Below are positions 17,201 through 25,174 of a stretch of 64,000 nt of DNA, in pieces. Source of the stretch: a virus. Made by a program: the position numbers and the translations under genes. The notes under the pieces were generated by a model, which was not told where the DNA came from, made no database searches, and worked only from the letters and a program-made list of their open reading frames with translations. The stretch lies in IMG/VR virus record IMGVR_UViG_3300034022_001261; one strand, written 5' to 3'. Each line of letters begins with the position of its first letter. Position 1 is the first letter of the stretch.

Positions 17201-18656
17201 CAAGGTTGATGCCCATAGCCCATGCAGCTGCATACGTTGTGTCACGATGGGGCTTGATGTTCCCCCCCTTGCTGATCAAAGCAGTTTCTGCCTTAAATCC
17301 AAGCTTAGCACACAGGTCCACGATCCACTGCCAGATTTCATCATCCAAAAGTCCTGGGACGAATGGGCGAGTAGCTGAATTGGGGGCATCCAATGGAGCT
17401 TCGTACGGCAACCAAGTCCTCATTCGACCCTTTGCATAGTTACTTACGTCAGCTACCAAGTGTGGAAGAATGTTTTCCTCCAACTTATTGGTGATCCACT
17501 GCAGCTCTTCAGGGCTGAGCATTTCGCACTTCTTGAGTGCAGCTGCCGGTGGCCGAACTTTCTTTGGCATTATTGGTCCCTCCTCAGGGTTGATTGGTTC
17601 TGGATTGATATCCATTGTTAATCCCTCCTTAGGGTCATTTGGTGTGTTGACAGGTTCTCCGCCACCACCACCAAGATCATTTGGGTTGATGTAGACAATT
17701 GGTTTGTTTACACTCTTTGCGTAGTTGACGCAGTTTGCTGTGCCACCAGAACTTCCATCCCAGACAGCAATCAACACATTGCAGTGGTCAACCATCCATA
17801 TGTTGCGATCCTGCATGCACTGAGCACCAAGTTCGTCATATGTACCGTTGCTAACAAGAACAACTTCACGTGCAAGCTCAAGCATCTTGCGATACTTAAT
17901 TTGAGATTCCTTAAACCAACGTGACTCATGGTTCTTGCATGGTTGTGCCACAATGAATGGAATATTCATCTTATGTGCAACTCGAGCAGCATCTTGATCT
18001 ACACCAAGAGCACCACCTGAAATAACAACTATTTGATGAGTAGTTCCATATTTCACTACAGCACGCTGCAATGTTTCTTGAATTTTCTGACGCAGTGCAA
18101 AACGCTTGGGGCTAGTTTCATCATAACCTCCAATCTTGTTTGGCCTGTGACCAGTAAATGCAATGTGATAGGTTGGCTTTGTTGCCATGTTTGTTCCCTC
18201 CTCAGGGTTGTTGGCCAAGTGAACTAAAATGTCCCCATGGCATGCTTGCGGTGCACAATAGCACACCACGTCTTTTCCTTTAAGCTCATGCAGTTGTGCA
18301 AGAAGCTCTGGCTTTCCAAAGATATACTCCTCGTATTTGGCGATGACTTCGCTTCGTGAGCCATGTTTGTCAATAACAAACGGGTTACCCCACTTGCTAC
18401 CTCGGCCAATGTAGACAGCATCTGGTGGTGCTGTGTTCTTGTGTCTGTTGTGTACCTTTGGCATTTCTGCCTCCTTCTTTGTGGTTGTTGTGGTGTCCAA
18501 TGTGATTACCTCCTGGTTATCGTTGATTGGGGTGATTGGGGTGATTGTTACTGCCTTGCCTTCCTTTCGGAAAGCCTGACCTGCAATAGAAGCAGACTCT
18601 GCATCTATAGTGTATACCTCGCCTGTAGCGTGGTCTGTGACTTGAAACACTCTCAT
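14250..18656 (-). CDS. 1468-aa multi-domain protein: DUF4326-like + YspA/SLOG + AlkB-like 2OG-Fe(II) domain + putative two-barrel RNA polymerase-like domain (paralogue B)
   Basis: VYIGRGSKWGNPF...CYCAPQACHGDIL (DUF4326). IAFTGHRP...ISGGALGVD...RNIWMVD...AVWDGSSGGTANCVNYA (SLOG). PHRD...HVHAV...RWAINVW (HxD...H dioxygenase). MVKGNA, DNFKQEF, TNDQTL, AGYDID, LGGADLDDE, VRTPN (RNAP-like). Confidence 0.7.
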   Translation of the reverse strand: MRVFQVTDHATGEVYTIDAESASIAGQAFRKEGKAVTITPITPINDNQEVITLDTTTTTKKEAEMPKVHNRHKNTAPPDAVYIGRGSKWGNPFVIDKHGSRSEVIAKYEEYIFGKPELLAQLHELKGKDVVCYCAPQACHGDILVHLANNPEEGTNMATKPTYHIAFTGHRPNKIGGYDETSPKRFALRQKIQETLQRAVVKYGTTHQIVVISGGALGVDQDAARVAHKMNIPFIVAQPCKNHESRWFKESQIKYRKMLELAREVVLVSNGTYDELGAQCMQDRNIWMVDHCNVLIAVWDGSSGGTANCVNYAKSVNKPIVYINPNDLGGGGGEPVNTPNDPKEGLTMDINPEPINPEEGPIMPKKVRPPAAALKKCEMLSPEELQWITNKLEENILPHLVADVSNYAKGRMRTWLPYEAPLDAPNSATRPFVPGLLDDEIWQWIVDLCAKLGFKAETALISKGGNIKPHRDTTYAAAWAMGINLGSCNWHIASSREMASPDYTMDLTGGEVFAFNSKHVHAVTNADSERWAINVWAIADTNAARNADVRGRLETMLENHPEVAEFIDYHQPGASKTITEEVNKMDTNPVNKTTNPKEGKKMIKEYLVRTPSLIESATVPTEMVYSRIITNDPEYAFGAETVKPVQVGFGDGRSLVIETTDPGGYHWFMLDHMFGNQPFAINITPYESPFRFPGMPPEPQRGALAGDHKPQEVVFGWGDFDAEYMIRVKGHKSTKYSDMSEYGLAVGNSAKMTKRLTEIIRAARGGMVNIKGKHKMARILVLTHYDILDFFPHLSTEEVAAITLDGISLITDDYAKKIYRANKHLPGKAKYHTLKGMEDRKVTNHTIRVVTNINGKPGMVKGNALSVPKDAMLARLRERGMISSTQVVDIVTTVDNFKQEFGTDGTWEIITLEPHHGPGMVKTNDQTLAQFKGIEGIFEYKHLLENFKTVLDNAYNNMVEGKDIEWMQHIVAERVVNEADKFAAIKGGKVTNNMNKMIASLHEVGLDIGVSQTLMFMRAQGIKKMFLSKNKEEGLNWQANAREKKAFVFMPHAYRAYVMTKEVLWLAGYDIDLDDKQSFYHEETQTFCMPGVTWAKIQGKLGGADLDDEVMIHERRYVRPDGSVNPLVAFLVRTPNDWAEFAILDLAEPGPTFLNEGDIPTIHSKDLAKFKRLSVAGSLPSATIGSNRPAPAIWDWDSSVYNYATSFLKSGGVGGQVKTKMLQYGINNVPFASLPCANEDMIDALQQCKGTDDDLKVLAGWSANATMQVLQSRKMDSYWWYSRNMFDTAKALKKNHGLGWWHKPLDEKQSPIVQEFMIPREEMVRETHQEMINFLNRNIMEIPELENIFKDKKQEMHYRRLITQISKLFIVPQNRDAHGNLTEVTKSHVADHMQGVSIQLLERMESYEKRSDVEQTNLHILRMVRASYLVKQGYPGANYDRWLYTAANDSDIIMTDYFVRALTWFRTK

Positions 18657-19291
18657 GATATACTCCTTTCTGAGTTAATTTTAGTGAGACATTGTGGATC
18701 TACTACCCACAAGTATTTCATTCGAGGACAATTTAAATTGTTAACATATCCACTGAATTTTATATTATTACTTCTGACATAATAGATCTCTGCGTTGAAA
18801 ACAAAAGCAAAGTACCAATGTTTATGTTTGTTAACAAATTTTGGGGATGTAAGTCTCCAGTGCATCTTGTAGTTTAAATGAACGAAAGGAGTACCATTGC
18901 TAAATGTTTTAACTTCAATATGTCGTTCTTGGTTATTTTTCCAAGAAGCACATATGTCATAGTTAACTGTGTTAGTCCCCTCTTTGGGGAATAGTTCTTC
19001 CGATGGTTGTTCTTTAATTATCCAGCCATTTTGCTTAAGAGTATCAGCAACAAATTCTTCTGTTAAACGCCCTAGTAAACGGCGGTCAAAGTCTACTAAA
19101 TCTGTATGTTGCTTACTGCTGTATCTTATATTTAAGATTTTATTCACAGCAGCACCAAACCAGTCTTTATCCTGTTTTTCTAATGCAGATGTTTTCCGAT
19201 GTCGTATAGATGAAAGTTGCGTCTCATCCAACAGTGTTGGCGACATATAGTCAATCCACCATGAGTAGTACTCTATTGTGTAATCCTTCAT
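18653..19291 (-). CDS. PD-(D/E)xK restriction-endonuclease-like protein
   Basis: GRLTEEFV...NYDICA...HIEVKT catalytic triad pattern. The true start is probably ATG 19291 (AAGGAG RBS, ATGA overlap with the upstream gene). Confidence 0.6.
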   Translation of the reverse strand: MKDYTIEYYSWWIDYMSPTLLDETQLSSIRHRKTSALEKQDKDWFGAAVNKILNIRYSSKQHTDLVDFDRRLLGRLTEEFVADTLKQNGWIIKEQPSEELFPKEGTNTVNYDICASWKNNQERHIEVKTFSNGTPFVHLNYKMHWRLTSPKFVNKHKHWYFAFVFNAEIYYVRSNNIKFSGYVNNLNCPRMKYLWVVDPQCLTKINSERSIS

Positions 19292-19794
19292 TGTTCTTCT
19301 CCTTTTTCTATTGGAACTATCTTGAGTTCTTGGTTTAAATGCAAGCCTTTTGCATAGTAGTTCAAAAGACTGAACCACTTTGTGTGATCCCTGTATGTCT
19401 TAAGTTTGTCAATGGCTTTGCCGGCCCAAACAATAGACAATACAGCAGAACCGTCAATATGACCTTTCATCTTACTGACAAGAGATTCTTGCTCATCAAT
19501 TGTCATATATTCTTTGTTATAAGCAAACAAGTCACGTATATACGCAACCTGCCTGTCCGTCATTGGCCTGAAGGTTTGTTCCTTCATTTCTTTTACCTCC
19601 TCAGTAAATAGTTTTGGTTGCCTATTTCTATACGCTGCCCTCGAGACAGCAGTATTCTTATTGGCTTGACGAGCAGCTGCACATGTGGTACAGAATGTCC
19701 GCCAAGATCCATTGTGCTCTAAACGAATACCATCACCCTTGTAGGTGAATGTTTCGCACTGAACACAAAACTCATTGTTGTAATTGGTAGCCAT
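19288..19794 (-). CDS. Hypothetical protein with N-terminal Zn finger
   Basis: CVQC...CTTC; AGGAGG RBS; a second in-frame RBS-ATG at MKEQ. Confidence 0.55.
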   Translation of the reverse strand: MATNYNNEFCVQCETFTYKGDGIRLEHNGSWRTFCTTCAAARQANKNTAVSRAAYRNRQPKLFTEEVKEMKEQTFRPMTDRQVAYIRDLFAYNKEYMTIDEQESLVSKMKGHIDGSAVLSIVWAGKAIDKLKTYRDHTKWFSLLNYYAKGLHLNQELKIVPIEKGEEQ

Positions 19795-19795
19795 C

Positions 19796-20101
19796 TTAGT
19801 TACCTCCTTTCTTGAATGGCAAGTTGATTACTTGACCAACACGAACGTTGCCAATTCCACCATTCATTTCTGAAATAATAGATACAGTCTCGCCTGTACG
19901 CAGGTGATCTGGACAATGTTCCTCTGAGATGCCCCACAAAGTATCTCCTTGCTTAGCAGTTACCGATGCAACTACACACGTTGGTGATTCTTGATGTACA
20001 AATTGAGCAACTTTAATTACTCCTATTACTAGGAATGTGGCTACCAAAGCAGCAATTAACACATCTATAACAGATGCATTGTTCTTATAAAATGTACGCA
20101 T
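19796..20101 (-). CDS. Membrane-anchored LysM-domain protein (in frame with an upstream ORF segment extending to 20419)
   Basis: TM segment then VTAKQGDTLWGISEEH...ISEMNGGIGNVRVGQVINLP (LysM). AAGGAGG RBS before ATG 20101. Confidence 0.7.
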   Translation of the reverse strand: MRTFYKNNASVIDVLIAALVATFLVIGVIKVAQFVHQESPTCVVASVTAKQGDTLWGISEEHCPDHLRTGETVSIISEMNGGIGNVRVGQVINLPFKKGGN

Positions 20102-20417
20102 ATTACGTACCTCCTTCTTTTCTTTATCACATTTAACACAAAGTGAAAGTATCCACCCGTGTTGTTGATGAAAGAAACGCCTAATGTGCTTTTCTTCGTC
20201 ACAACGATCACAATAATCAGTGCCAAACTCTTCCATTCCAAAGGATGCTGCAAGTTGAGCATTGCGACCCGCAGGGGTTGCACTATTCTTGCACCGTTCT
20301 TGTTGAACGTAAGTTCTGGCCTTGTAAGCCAAAATCATGACAATAGCCATGATAATAATTGTTAATGTAAACACGATTCCTCCTAAGGATGTGCTGATGC
20401 GGATGCACGGAATGTGC

Positions 20418-20459
20418 ATACGACTACTATTTATTCGTTACAGGAGCTGTTGAGCCACT
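20418..20459 (-). promoter_or_regulatory. Repeated upstream element, copy 1 (copy 2 at 21342-21382; related plus-strand copy at 25044-25061)
   Basis: Minus-strand GTGGCTCAACAGCTCCTGTAACGAATAAAATAGTAGTCGTAT is near-identical at two gene starts and contains TAAAAT. Confidence 0.6.
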
Positions 20460-20498
20460 GTTGACCACACCCCAAGGTGCTGAGACTGGGGCCTAAGC

Positions 20499-20564
20499 CC
20501 TATCCGTAAAAAGAAAACCCTCTGCTGATCCGAGCGGACGACCAGCAAAGGGTATTTTCTTTTT
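20499..20564. terminator. Bidirectional intrinsic terminator, copy 1
   Basis: Stem CCCTCTGCTGATC/GACCAGCAAAGGG flanked by A-tract and T-tract; shares the 24-nt flank CCTATCCGTAAAAAGAAAACCCTC with copy 2. Confidence 0.7.
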
Positions 20565-20581
20565 GTTTTTGTACTAACTAA

Positions 20582-20869
20582 TTAGTCAGCACAGATGGGA
20601 CACACGCCATTCGCCACTTGTGTAGTGAACTTTGTGTTCTTTGCCCAGTTTCCCTGCAGTTCAGGGACTCCCTGATACCTTAGTTCTCCACGTTTTACAC
20701 TGTTACCAAAAGTAGCAAAGTGTTCCTCGCAGAGGCAAAAGCTTCTTTTCCCTGCAGTTACCTTAAGAGTTGGATTAGGACCACCATCAACCATACGATC
20801 AGTACGATTGCTGTATCCAAAGAGAATATGAGCCTTAGCCCTCTTCTCCATTTCTTCTCTATTTATCAT
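20582..20869 (-). CDS. Hypothetical Cys/His-containing protein
   Basis: CLCEEH and CPIC motifs; AAAGGGG RBS. Confidence 0.55.
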   Translation of the reverse strand: MINREEMEKRAKAHILFGYSNRTDRMVDGGPNPTLKVTAGKRSFCLCEEHFATFGNSVKRGELRYQGVPELQGNWAKNTKFTTQVANGVCPICAD

Positions 20870-20934
20870 GATCTACCCCTTTCCAAAAGTAGACCGCTCT
20901 GTGTGGACAAGTAGCCCCTCCTTGAGACCTTGAA

Positions 20935-20988
20935 CCTATCCGTAAAAAGAAAACCCTCAGGAGCCTAAGCCCCCAAGGGTAATCTTTT
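20935..20988. terminator. Intrinsic terminator, copy 2
   Basis: CCTATCCGTAAAAAGAAAACCCTC-AGGAGCCTAAGCCCCC-AAGGGT-AATCTTTT. Confidence 0.65.
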
Positions 20989-21011
20989 AATTAAGTACCT
21001 CTATATAGGTA

Positions 21012-21299
21012 TTACCAAATAAATGGTTCTTCTTCTGCTAGGTAATCTTCTTCCTCATCCATTGCCCATTCGTAACCAAGCTTGGCCGCAAACACCATAC
21101 CTACAACAAGGAAGAACAATACGCCCTTCCAATTAAGTATGCTGAATATGAATCCAATGATGCTGAATATAGCACTGATGCCACCAATAAGAATAGTGAA
21201 TACCACGCTTACAATAGGCGTAAATAGGCATACTCCTACGAGTATAGCAATACGCATATTCCGGCTCAAACCATTGAACCAATTAATTAATGAATTCAT
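21012..21299 (-). CDS. Small membrane protein with acidic tail
   Basis: Long hydrophobic core, ends DEEEDYLAEEEPFIW; AGGAGGAG RBS. Confidence 0.65.
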   Translation of the reverse strand: MNSLINWFNGLSRNMRIAILVGVCLFTPIVSVVFTILIGGISAIFSIIGFIFSILNWKGVLFFLVVGMVFAAKLGYEWAMDEEEDYLAEEEPFIW

Positions 21300-21440
21300 G
21301 ACTCCTCCTAAAGTGTCATGTTGCGTATATGCACTATGTATATACGGCTACTATTTACTCGTTGCTGGAGCTGTTAAGCCACAGGTTCCCATACTACTAA
21401 TACGCCTAGTACATGGCGCTATCTATATGCTAGATAAACC

Positions 21441-21905
21441 TTAGTTATTACTACGCTGAGTAGCTATCCCCTGCTTAGTCACTCTGCCCACACTCTTGTT
21501 GCTATCTGTACCCTCAAAGTACTCACCCTCACGTGGGTACATAAACCCTATCATTGCAAAGTTAGCCACATCCATTAACATCTCCACATTACCCTTCAAT
21601 AACCCCTTCTCTTCATTACCTTCTTCAAACGCCTTAAGCCTAAGCTTTAATGACTCTATAGCATCCATTGATCCATCCTTACCATACCCCTCTTCTACTA
21701 GCCCATACTTGAAGAAACTTACTATCATTCTATTAACCATCCCCTTAATAAACTCTTCACTTATCTCTGTACCACATACATTAGGAATACTAATAACCAT
21801 TTCCTTATTATCAATACTCTTATCTGCTTTATTTAATTTCATTCTTGCACCATCTAATTCTTTCTTTGCTATTTCCAATTTAATCTTTGCTTCTTTAGTT
21901 AACAT
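21441..21905 (-). CDS. Phage protein, possibly MazG-like nucleotide pyrophosphohydrolase fold
   Basis: MVNRMIVSFFKYG...IESLKLRLKAF...GNVEMLMDVANFAMIGFMYP resembles a recurrent phage family with an E-x2-D-x-ANF motif. Confidence 0.45.
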   Translation of the reverse strand: MLTKEAKIKLEIAKKELDGARMKLNKADKSIDNKEMVISIPNVCGTEISEEFIKGMVNRMIVSFFKYGLVEEGYGKDGSMDAIESLKLRLKAFEEGNEEKGLLKGNVEMLMDVANFAMIGFMYPREGEYFEGTDSNKSVGRVTKQGIATQRSNN

Positions 21906-22222
21906 TGTTCTTTTCTTTCTATTATTCAGACCCCCATACCCGGGTGGGCACGTTAAAAGATCTAAGAGTACATATATACTCACTATTAGTGGCTCATAAT
22001 TTTTCCCTATTTTTTACTCTATAGAGACTTTATATAACTGTATATATACTTATACAGGTTTATGTACAAACAAACCCCAGAGATCACCCTCATCTGTTTC
22101 TCGAATCGCCCCAAAAATTTTTTCCTATATTTTTAATGCCCTAGAGGTTGCAAACGCAAAGAACCTCTGATAGCTTCACTGTTGTCGGATACGCCGGCAA
22201 TAAACACCAAAAAGGAAACCCA

Positions 22223-22420
22223 ATGGATTACGCTAATTGCGATAAATGTGGAACAGAGTTCGTAATAAAAAACGCTCTCTCGAGTTCCGTAAGATGCCCA
22301 GACTGCTCACAATGGGTAGACTTAATACCACAAGACAACTACGCCTCTAGCTACGTCTCAAGCAGCTACGCAGACAACTACGTCGACTACGACGCTGACA
22401 ATTACGGATTCATGGACTAG
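22223..22420 (+). CDS. Small Zn-ribbon protein with Y/D-rich repetitive tail
   Basis: CDKC...CPDC; AAAGGA RBS before ATG 22223. Confidence 0.6.
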   Translation: MDYANCDKCGTEFVIKNALSSSVRCPDCSQWVDLIPQDNYASSYVSSSYADNYVDYDADNYGFMD

Positions 22421-22436
22421 AAAAGGAATATCAATC

Positions 22437-22976
22437 ATGCCTAACAAAAACACAAGACTAATCATAGGATCAAACAAGTTATTCACCTACAACAACATAC
22501 TCACACAGTTTGCGTATGACCATGACATAATCACGTATACGTACAATGATAAGTTATCCCTAAAGGCCAACACCAAAATTGTATACAAAAATATTTCATA
22601 TCATATCCGTCAAGATTATGACTCCATAGTCTTCATGGGTACACACGTAGACTCAAACCTGTTGTACGGGCTGTACGACGACAAGAATCTGGTATTTGAT
22701 GCCGGCGTCTTAGTAAACTACAAAACGCTCTCACGCGAGGGAGAAGTAGATCTAGACACTCAATGGAATCTATCTAAAGAGACTGACATCTATACTTTCA
22801 ATACAAATAAAAAAGACACGCTACCACCAGTAGCGCATCTTAAAGATCATCAGTATGTTCCATCTATATTAGGCAATGTACGTAGCAGACGCCTAGCAAT
22901 GGAAATTTTTGGATGTGTAGTCTATGGAACCTACAACATCAATGGTTTAGAGGGGGCTAACTCAGTCCTCGTCTAG
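22437..22976 (+). CDS. Hypothetical protein
   Basis: 179-aa ORF with AAAGGA RBS. Confidence 0.6.
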   Translation: MPNKNTRLIIGSNKLFTYNNILTQFAYDHDIITYTYNDKLSLKANTKIVYKNISYHIRQDYDSIVFMGTHVDSNLLYGLYDDKNLVFDAGVLVNYKTLSREGEVDLDTQWNLSKETDIYTFNTNKKDTLPPVAHLKDHQYVPSILGNVRSRRLAMEIFGCVVYGTYNINGLEGANSVLV

Positions 22977-23300
22977 ATAGTGACAATCACAGTCTGGATC
23001 GATACATTCATCGTCCTCGTCTGAGTATCGGCCTGGATCGTAGTAGAATTGTTCTACTTCATCTGGGCCGAGCTCTTTGACTATATCTTCAACAGGCTTT
23101 TTTAGTATTTTAGCCATTTCATAGATCATCTCGTATTGTTCTTTGGAGAAAATAGAAAACACTATCTCGCCATCATCTTCTGAGTAAGCAGTGATGATCT
23201 TATCTTCTTGACCTTCATGGGGAGTAATGAACTCAAGTAAACCCTGTACTAGCTCTTCATCGCCAAACATAGACTGAATCTGTTCGAAAAAGTTATCCAT
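22962..23300 (-). CDS. Acidic hypothetical protein
   Basis: D/E-rich ORF with GGAG RBS before ATG 23300. Confidence 0.55.
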   Translation of the reverse strand: MDNFFEQIQSMFGDEELVQGLLEFITPHEGQEDKIITAYSEDDGEIVFSIFSKEQYEMIYEMAKILKKPVEDIVKELGPDEVEQFYYDPGRYSDEDDECIDPDCDCHYLDED

Positions 23301-23447
23301 GTGGACACGCTCCAATCTTATTGTATGTAAGCTATAGTACCGTAAATGTAAAAAAAATATATTAAAAAAATTTATTCGGGCGATTGGGCGAGCTGGCTCA
23401 ATTCCTTAAATAATTCACAATATTCCAGGTAGGTTAGTATCTGTTGA

Positions 23448-23609
23448 TTACCTAGCATCGTCTACCACCTCTACCCAATGGTCACCACAATCTCTACAGC
23501 GAATATCTATTCTATCTAGGTCATCATCAAAGTCTTCTTTAGCGAGACCAGCCAAGATGAAGTTTGGCGGATATTTGCAATCAGGGCAAGGGGTCGGCTT
23601 GAACGCCAT
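23448..23609 (-). CDS. Small Zn-ribbon protein (53 aa; below the ORF-track cutoff)
   Basis: Manual translation: MAFKPTPCPDCKYPPNF...IRCRDCGDHWVEVVDDAR. Confidence 0.6.
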   Translation of the reverse strand: MAFKPTPCPDCKYPPNFILAGLAKEDFDDDLDRIDIRCRDCGDHWVEVVDDAR

Positions 23610-24576
23610 CTTTAATCAGCCCTTCTAACGTTGATACTAGTTCTGGATCAGCTTTGATCTTTTCAATAGCGTTGTCTCTACCTTGTGAGAATGATTCACC
23701 GTTGTAATAGACCCAAGCTCCACGTTGCGAGAAGATTCCCTTAGACATACATACATCAAGCAGGCAACCGTAGTTATCAACGCCTTTACCATAATAGATG
23801 TCAAATTCTGTAACCTTAAGAGGGGGAGCCATCTTATTCTTGATAATCTTGGCTTTTACCTTGATACCAATTGATTCGCCGGCTTTATCTTTAATATCTT
23901 CTTTTCTACGCACATCAATTCGCACTGATGCTGCGTATGGCAAGGCTTTGCCTCCAGGAGTTGTTTCCGGATTACCAAACATGATACCGATCTTAGATCT
24001 AAGCTGGTTAATAAAGATTACTAGGCATTTGTGTTCATTAGCGAGACCTACTATCTTACGTAGTCCCTTGGCCATCATACGGGCTTGTAGGCCCATCTGG
24101 TTGGCTTCCATGTCGCCTTCTAGCTCAGCTTTAGGCACAAGGGCTGCAACTGAGTCTATTACGACTACATTGACCTCGCCCGTGCGGATCAGTCTATCTG
24201 CAATCTCCAATGCCTGTTCGCCATAGTCAGGCTGGGCAAGTAGGAGATCATCCAAGTTAATGCCTAAGGCATCCATGTAGACTGGGTCCAGAGCATGCTC
24301 AGCGTCGATGTAAGCGCACTTAAGACCCATCTTCTGTGCTTGGGCCACAACAGATAAAGATATCGTTGATTTGCCCGAGGATTCAGGTCCATAGATTTCA
24401 ACTACTCGACCTAGTGGAAGTCCACCAATCCCAAGTATCATATCTAATGATAGTGCTCCGGTTGAAACTGCGGGCCAAGCTTTAATATCCTTGGACCCTA
24501 ATCTCATTACTGCACCTGCTCCAAATTGTCTTTCAAGTTGGGCAATTGCTAATTCTAGTGATTTATCGTCTGACAT
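23581..24576 (-). CDS. recA: RecA recombinase
   Basis: Canonical motifs: GRVVEIYGPESSGKST, IDAEHALD, VVIDSVAAL, FINQLRSKIGIMFGNPETTPGGKALPY, KNKMAPP. Confidence 0.97.
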   Translation of the reverse strand: MSDDKSLELAIAQLERQFGAGAVMRLGSKDIKAWPAVSTGALSLDMILGIGGLPLGRVVEIYGPESSGKSTISLSVVAQAQKMGLKCAYIDAEHALDPVYMDALGINLDDLLLAQPDYGEQALEIADRLIRTGEVNVVVIDSVAALVPKAELEGDMEANQMGLQARMMAKGLRKIVGLANEHKCLVIFINQLRSKIGIMFGNPETTPGGKALPYAASVRIDVRRKEDIKDKAGESIGIKVKAKIIKNKMAPPLKVTEFDIYYGKGVDNYGCLLDVCMSKGIFSQRGAWVYYNGESFSQGRDNAIEKIKADPELVSTLEGLIKDGVQADPLP

Positions 24577-24580
24577 GTAT

Positions 24581-24787
24581 CTATTTTACCACAGATGTGT
24601 AGGTGCTAATAGATTTGATCTCAGCAATTATCTTTTCTTCAATCTCTTTGTATTGAGTTTTTGATTCCCAATCTAATCCGAGTTTGTGTTCTCTTATTGC
24701 TGTAAGCAAGTTATATAAGTGTTTTAAGCGCGTACTAGTGTCCACGAGCTCACCTCCAATGGTATAATGTATAGAGTAAATTAGCAC
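24581..24787 (-). CDS. Hypothetical protein (start uncertain)
   Basis: 68-aa ORF directly upstream of recA. Confidence 0.4.
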   Translation of the reverse strand: MLIYSIHYTIGGELVDTSTRLKHLYNLLTAIREHKLGLDWESKTQYKEIEEKIIAEIKSISTYTSVVK

Positions 24788-24812
24788 AGATTATACCGTC
24801 ATTAGGAGACAA

Positions 24813-24971
24813 ATGAGTCGTAGTTCAAAAAAAATAGATCAAGAATTAGAATTTAGTAGAGCAATGGTTTTACTTTATAAGAGAATACATAACGTAGATG
24901 ACTTGTTAAGATACTGGCATTTCTCCGGTCCTTGCTCATATCCACACCCAGTAATCGAAGATATTGGTTAG
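24813..24971 (+). CDS. Small hypothetical protein (52 aa)
   Basis: Manual translation MSRSSKKIDQELEF...PVIEDIG, with AGGAG RBS. Confidence 0.5.
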   Translation: MSRSSKKIDQELEFSRAMVLLYKRIHNVDDLLRYWHFSGPCSYPHPVIEDIG

Positions 24972-24977
24972 AGCTAC

Positions 24978-25007
24978 TTGACAACGCCAAAGTTATGTTG
25001 ATATACT
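24978..25007 (+). promoter_or_regulatory. Sigma-70/HrdB-type promoter driving the right arm
   Basis: TTGACA-18 nt-TATACT with extended TG. Confidence 0.65.
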
Positions 25008-25174
25008 CCTATATAAGAGAGCTTAGGAAGCCTTAGTAGATCTAACGCTCCTGTAAGAATATTATCTTATGTACCTTAGTTAACTTATATAAGTATACTA
25101 ATATAGGCGTAGTTAACTTGGCATTGAAAAATAGAAAAAACTAATTACTATTTTCAAAAACAAGTAGGCTTATT

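Noticed and set aside
21496-21999. Plus-strand 167-aa ORF and similar antisense ORFs (23798-24226, 52219-52968, 54109-54387, 18363-18782)
   Set aside because: These are shadows of real genes on the opposite strand, caused by codon bias or repeats; they have no RBS or recognisable motifs.
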